Assembly (NCBI RefSeq): GCF_006345805.1
Contig: NW_021827057.1
Location: 1 to 11,251, forward strand
Direction: 5' to 3'
From: Octopus sinensis
Lineage: Eukaryota
Length of the DNA: 11,251 nt
The notes under the pieces were generated by a model. It searched no databases and was not told the DNA's origin. It saw only the letters and a list, made by a program, of their open reading frames with translations. Below, in pieces: positions 8,234 to 11,251 of this stretch (position 1 is its first letter; the number at the start of each line of letters is the position of its first letter). A program made the translations under genes and the position numbers.

Positions 8234-8235
8234 TA

Positions 8236-8281
<46 letters not shown>
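8197..8281. repeat. (AT)n microsatellite
   Basis: Read directly. Confidence 0.95.
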
Positions 8282-8284
<3 letters not shown>

Positions 8285-8286
<2 letters not shown>

Positions 8287-8436
8287 AATAAGCAACAAGA
8301 ATGACTCCGGTAATGTGGTACGATCGTTTCGTACGACATCATTTTATTAAATGTTGTAATACTTACAACATTTAATAAAATGATGTAGTACGATCGATCG
8401 TACCAAATTACCGGAGTCATTCTTGTTGCTTATTTT
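8285..8436. mobile_element. 152 bp palindrome (~75 bp arms, TAC loop) at the start of a (TA)n-flanked segment
   Basis: aaaataagcaacaagaatgactccggtaat...atgttgtaa-tac-ttacaacat...attaccggagtcattcttgttgcttatttt; about 5 differences between arms. Confidence 0.7.
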
Positions 8437-8536
8437 AATTATAATCACCCCACGGATTTATATGGATAACACCATACAGAATTCTGGTGCATCTAAATTA
8501 AGTACCATATTCATTTGAATCTAAATTTTTGCTGAA

Positions 8537-8570
<34 letters not shown>

Positions 8571-8621
8571 CAATAATAAATCTCTGGGCGAGATGTGAAC
8601 AGTAGCAGCACAGAATTGTGA

Positions 8622-8811
8622 GGTATATTTGCCACCTAAATGTGGCTGAACATAAAGGGATGATGCTACTGTAGTTTAAAACCCATTTGCAAATACTGAT
8701 AGGGCACAGACAGTGTGTCAATAGCCAGCTGGAAGTGATGTCTTCCTGGGGCTATAAAGTACGGTAGCATCGTCCTTTTATGGTCAGCCACATTTAGATG
8801 GCAAATATACC
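8622..8811. mobile_element. 190 bp foldback/MITE-like element with 63 bp inverted repeats
   Basis: 8622-8684 vs 8749-8811 pair without gaps at 55/63 positions; 64 nt spacer; abuts (GATA)n; no clear TSD. Confidence 0.65.
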
Positions 8812-8863
<52 letters not shown>

Positions 8864-9050
8864 GATAGACAATCAGATAGATAGATAGATAGATAGATAA
8901 ACAATCAGATGGATAGATAGATACTTGCATGCATATATGTCTACATACACACACACATACACCCCCACATATATATATAGATAGATAGACAGATAGATAT
9001 ATCACGTGTGTATATATACGTATGTATGTGTTTGTGTGTGTGTGTGTGTG
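8812..9050. repeat. (GATA)n and mixed CA/TA/TG microsatellites
   Basis: Read directly. Confidence 0.9.
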
Positions 9051-9272
9051 TTTGTCTTTGTGTCTGTGTTTGTCGGCCACCACCTCTTAACAGCTCGTGT
9101 GGATGTGCTGACATCTCTGTAACTTAGCGTTTCGGCAAAAGAGTCCGGTAGAAAAAGTTCCAGGCTGAAAAATAAATGTACGTGGGTCGATTCATTCAAC
9201 TAAAACTTCTACAAGGTAGTGCCCCAGCATGACCGCAACTTGATGACTGAAGCAAGTAAAAGATCAAAGATA
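9020..9272 (+). mobile_element. 3' half of the (TG)n-containing SINE family
   Basis: (TG)n-tgtgtctgtgtttgtc...gtaacttagcgtttcggcaaaagag...gggtcgattcattcaactaaaa...gatgactgaagcaagtaaaaga; homologous to the reverse complement of 4715-4900. Confidence 0.8.
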
Positions 9273-9297
9273 AAAACAAAAGGTAAATCGATTGATA

Positions 9298-9694
9298 TCT
9301 TTATATATAAAAGTGAAGTTGTGTGTCTGTCTCCTACGATTTAGATTCCTAACTCCTCCCACATTTTGCGGTGCAGTTTAACCAAAACCCGGTATCTTAT
9401 AGTCGTGATTCATATCGAGCCCTTCTGGGTATTAGCGCGCGTCTACGATGAGTCTACAATTTAAAAAAAATTTACCATCATTTTTTTCCATTTTAATGCA
9501 TTTCTTTGCTATTATATAAGGGGAAGTAACTCTTTAAAAATGTCTACGATGAGTCAACGATTTTTAAAAAAATTACCATAATTTGTTTTCCATTTTTAAC
9601 GCATATTTTTGCTATTTTTTGGCTATAACTCTCTAAAAATGTTTATATAGTTATTTCCCTTACAAACCCGAGCAACGCCGGGCGATACTGCAAG
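9298..9694 (+). mobile_element. Non-autonomous Helitron-like element
   Basis: A|TCTTTATATATAAAAG start; 3' hairpin CCCG-AGCAACGC-CGGG (9667-9682), 8 nt, then CAAG|T (one change from CTAG); no TSD; internal ~100 bp tandem duplication 9441-9541/9542-9640. Confidence 0.65.
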
Positions 9695-9719
9695 TATACG
9701 ATAAAGCCTGAACCAACAC

Positions 9720-9776
9720 ATACGAAGACGAGATACGAACACGGACATACGAACACGGTGAAATACGAACACGGAG
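9720..9776. repeat. Four copies of ATACGAACACGG (one variant) with 1-4 nt linkers
   Basis: Units start at 9720, 9733, 9747, 9763. Confidence 0.85.
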
Positions 9777-9954
9777 CGCAAAATATCTGAACAAATATAG
9801 CTAGTTCTCTGAAATGATAAATAAGCTTTGGATATAAACATAAAAAAAAGAATTATAATCTATGCCAGTGTCCGTTAGAAGAAAGTTATTCCAAGGCACG
9901 CCACCACCTCATTCTTTTCCTTTTGTTACGACTAATTTGTTTGATCTGAGCGGA

Positions 9955-10146
9955 ATGAAACACAAATTCTACGAGGCAAAAAGCATCCATGTTTTATATA
10001 TACATGGCGTCACTTTGTAACAAGCAGATTATGACTTCAACACTCCTACATATAGTACATGGATTTTCTAGAAGAATTGTTATGGGAATCGGATTAGAAA
10101 AATTATCCGGGATAACTTTGATCAGTGCAAAATTAATTAAGGACAC
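9955..10146 (+). pseudogene. Possible decayed APE-type endonuclease fragment of a non-LTR retrotransposon
   Basis: One frame with stops: ...TL*QADYDFNTPTYSTWIF*KNCYGNRIRKIIRDNFDQCKIN*GH; DFN-x-W-x-NxxG-x-IN-x-G spacing recalls the GDFN...W...NxxG...LNxG motif run. Pattern match only. Confidence 0.25.
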
Positions 10147-10498
10147 TAGTATAATGTTTGATGAAAAAAGTGATACAAGATGTCAGCTAAATACAGATTT
10201 GAATATATTTTGGATTTAATGAAGCGGATTCACAAACTTGAAAGAAAGATATTAGCAATGAATATTATTGGCGCGTTAGATTGATATACATCACAATCAG
10301 AAAGACGAAGAGAACTGGTTTCTTAGTCGATCAGAGCGGCCTTGTAGGCTGAAATACAGACCTGGGAACAAAAGAACGATTCAGGTTCAAATCCCACTGG
10401 AGACAGGATTTTGGAAAGCAGCAGCCGGAAACCTAGGTGTCGTGAACTGGGTGGGGCCGGCTCCCGTAGAGCATCAGGTATAAGGGTCGAGGTATAAA

Positions 10499-10728
10499 GG
10501 CGGCGAGATGGCAGAAACGTTAGCACGCCGGGCGAAATGCTTAGCGGTATTTCGTCTGCCGCTACGTTGTGAGTTCAAATTCCGCCAAGGTCGACTTTGC
10601 CTTTCATCCTTTCGGGGTCGATAAATTAAGTACCAGTTGCGTACTGGGGTCGATATAATCGACTTAATCCGTTTGTCTGTCCTTGTTTGTCCTCTCTGTG
10701 TTTAGCCCCTTGTGGGTAGTAAAGAAAT
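10499..10728 (+). mobile_element. Young full-length tRNA-derived SINE with 15 bp TSD
   Basis: ggcggcgagatggcagaa head, GAGTTCAAATTCC B box, central gcctttcatcctttcggggtcgataaa (resembles the MetaSINE-type domain, from memory); AGGTATAAGGGTCGA at 10476-10490 and 10729-10743. Confidence 0.9.
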
Positions 10729-10759
10729 AGGTATAAGGGTCGAAACACTTGTCGGATGG

Positions 10760-10991
10760 ATACACCACAGACATGTGTGCCCTTAACGTAGTTCTCACGG
10801 AGGGTCATTGTGACTCAGAGCGTGACAGTACGAGTCCTTTGAAATACAGGTACAACTCATTTTTGCCAGCTGAGTGGACTGGAGCAATGGGATAATAGAG
10901 TGTCTAGCTCAAGGTCACAAAGCGTCGCCGGGAATTGAACTCAGGACCTTACGATCGTTAGTCGAATAACCTAACCACTAAGCCACGTCCC
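10760..10991 (-). mobile_element. Chimeric SINE: CORE-type head fused to part of the 5070-5463 family tail
   Basis: Minus strand TGGCTTAGTGG/GAGTTCAATTCCC and CORE block match 4364-4225; after gagttg it switches to tacctgtatttcaaagg...gttaagggcacacatgtctgtgg matching 5253-5165. Confidence 0.85.
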
Positions 10992-11085
10992 TTTTAAGTT
11001 CAAAACATTGGATATTGTATAAACTTGAAAAGGCGACAATATATCTCATGTCTCTAATTATTTGACTGAATCAGCTGTTTGTATT

Positions 11086-11112
11086 AATTTCGTTGTTGTT
11101 GTTGTTGTTGTT
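11086..11112. repeat. (GTT)n microsatellite
   Basis: Read directly. Confidence 0.9.
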
Positions 11113-11251
11113 GGTGTTGTGTTTCTTATTGTTGTCCATGCTATATCACAATGAAATGGTGAAATTTAATTCGGTAACCTGGCATATTTCCAACAGCTTT
11201 TCATTGACGAAAACAGAACTTTTTATCCGCTGTCAGTTTTAGTTCTGTGTC

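Noticed and set aside
9720-9776. CRISPR-like array
   Set aside because: 12 nt units with 1-4 nt linkers, no spacers, eukaryotic context.

Overview
AT-rich, repeat-dense eukaryotic non-coding DNA. The SINE families and microsatellite load look like an octopod cephalopod genome (inferred from recalled repeat sequences, not a database search). No complete protein-coding gene, rRNA, true tRNA or CRISPR array is supported; nearly all ORF-track entries are microsatellite or SINE artefacts. The window holds about 11 tRNA-derived SINE copies of 4-5 modular families (several with visible target-site duplications), a ~400 bp non-autonomous Helitron-like element, a 57 bp TIR-only Tc1/mariner-type relic, many microsatellites and a few weak exon candidates. 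The most interesting signal is a set of unrelated, ORF-less short elements, mostly next to (TA)n tracts, that carry hammerhead-ribozyme (HHR) motifs of the Penelope-like minimal type. One near-complete HHR sits inside a 44 bp inverted repeat (1441-1536). A ~265 bp palindrome has a core-variant HHR-like motif on each strand (2419-2498). Two further cores lie at 5554-5594 and 7982-8015.
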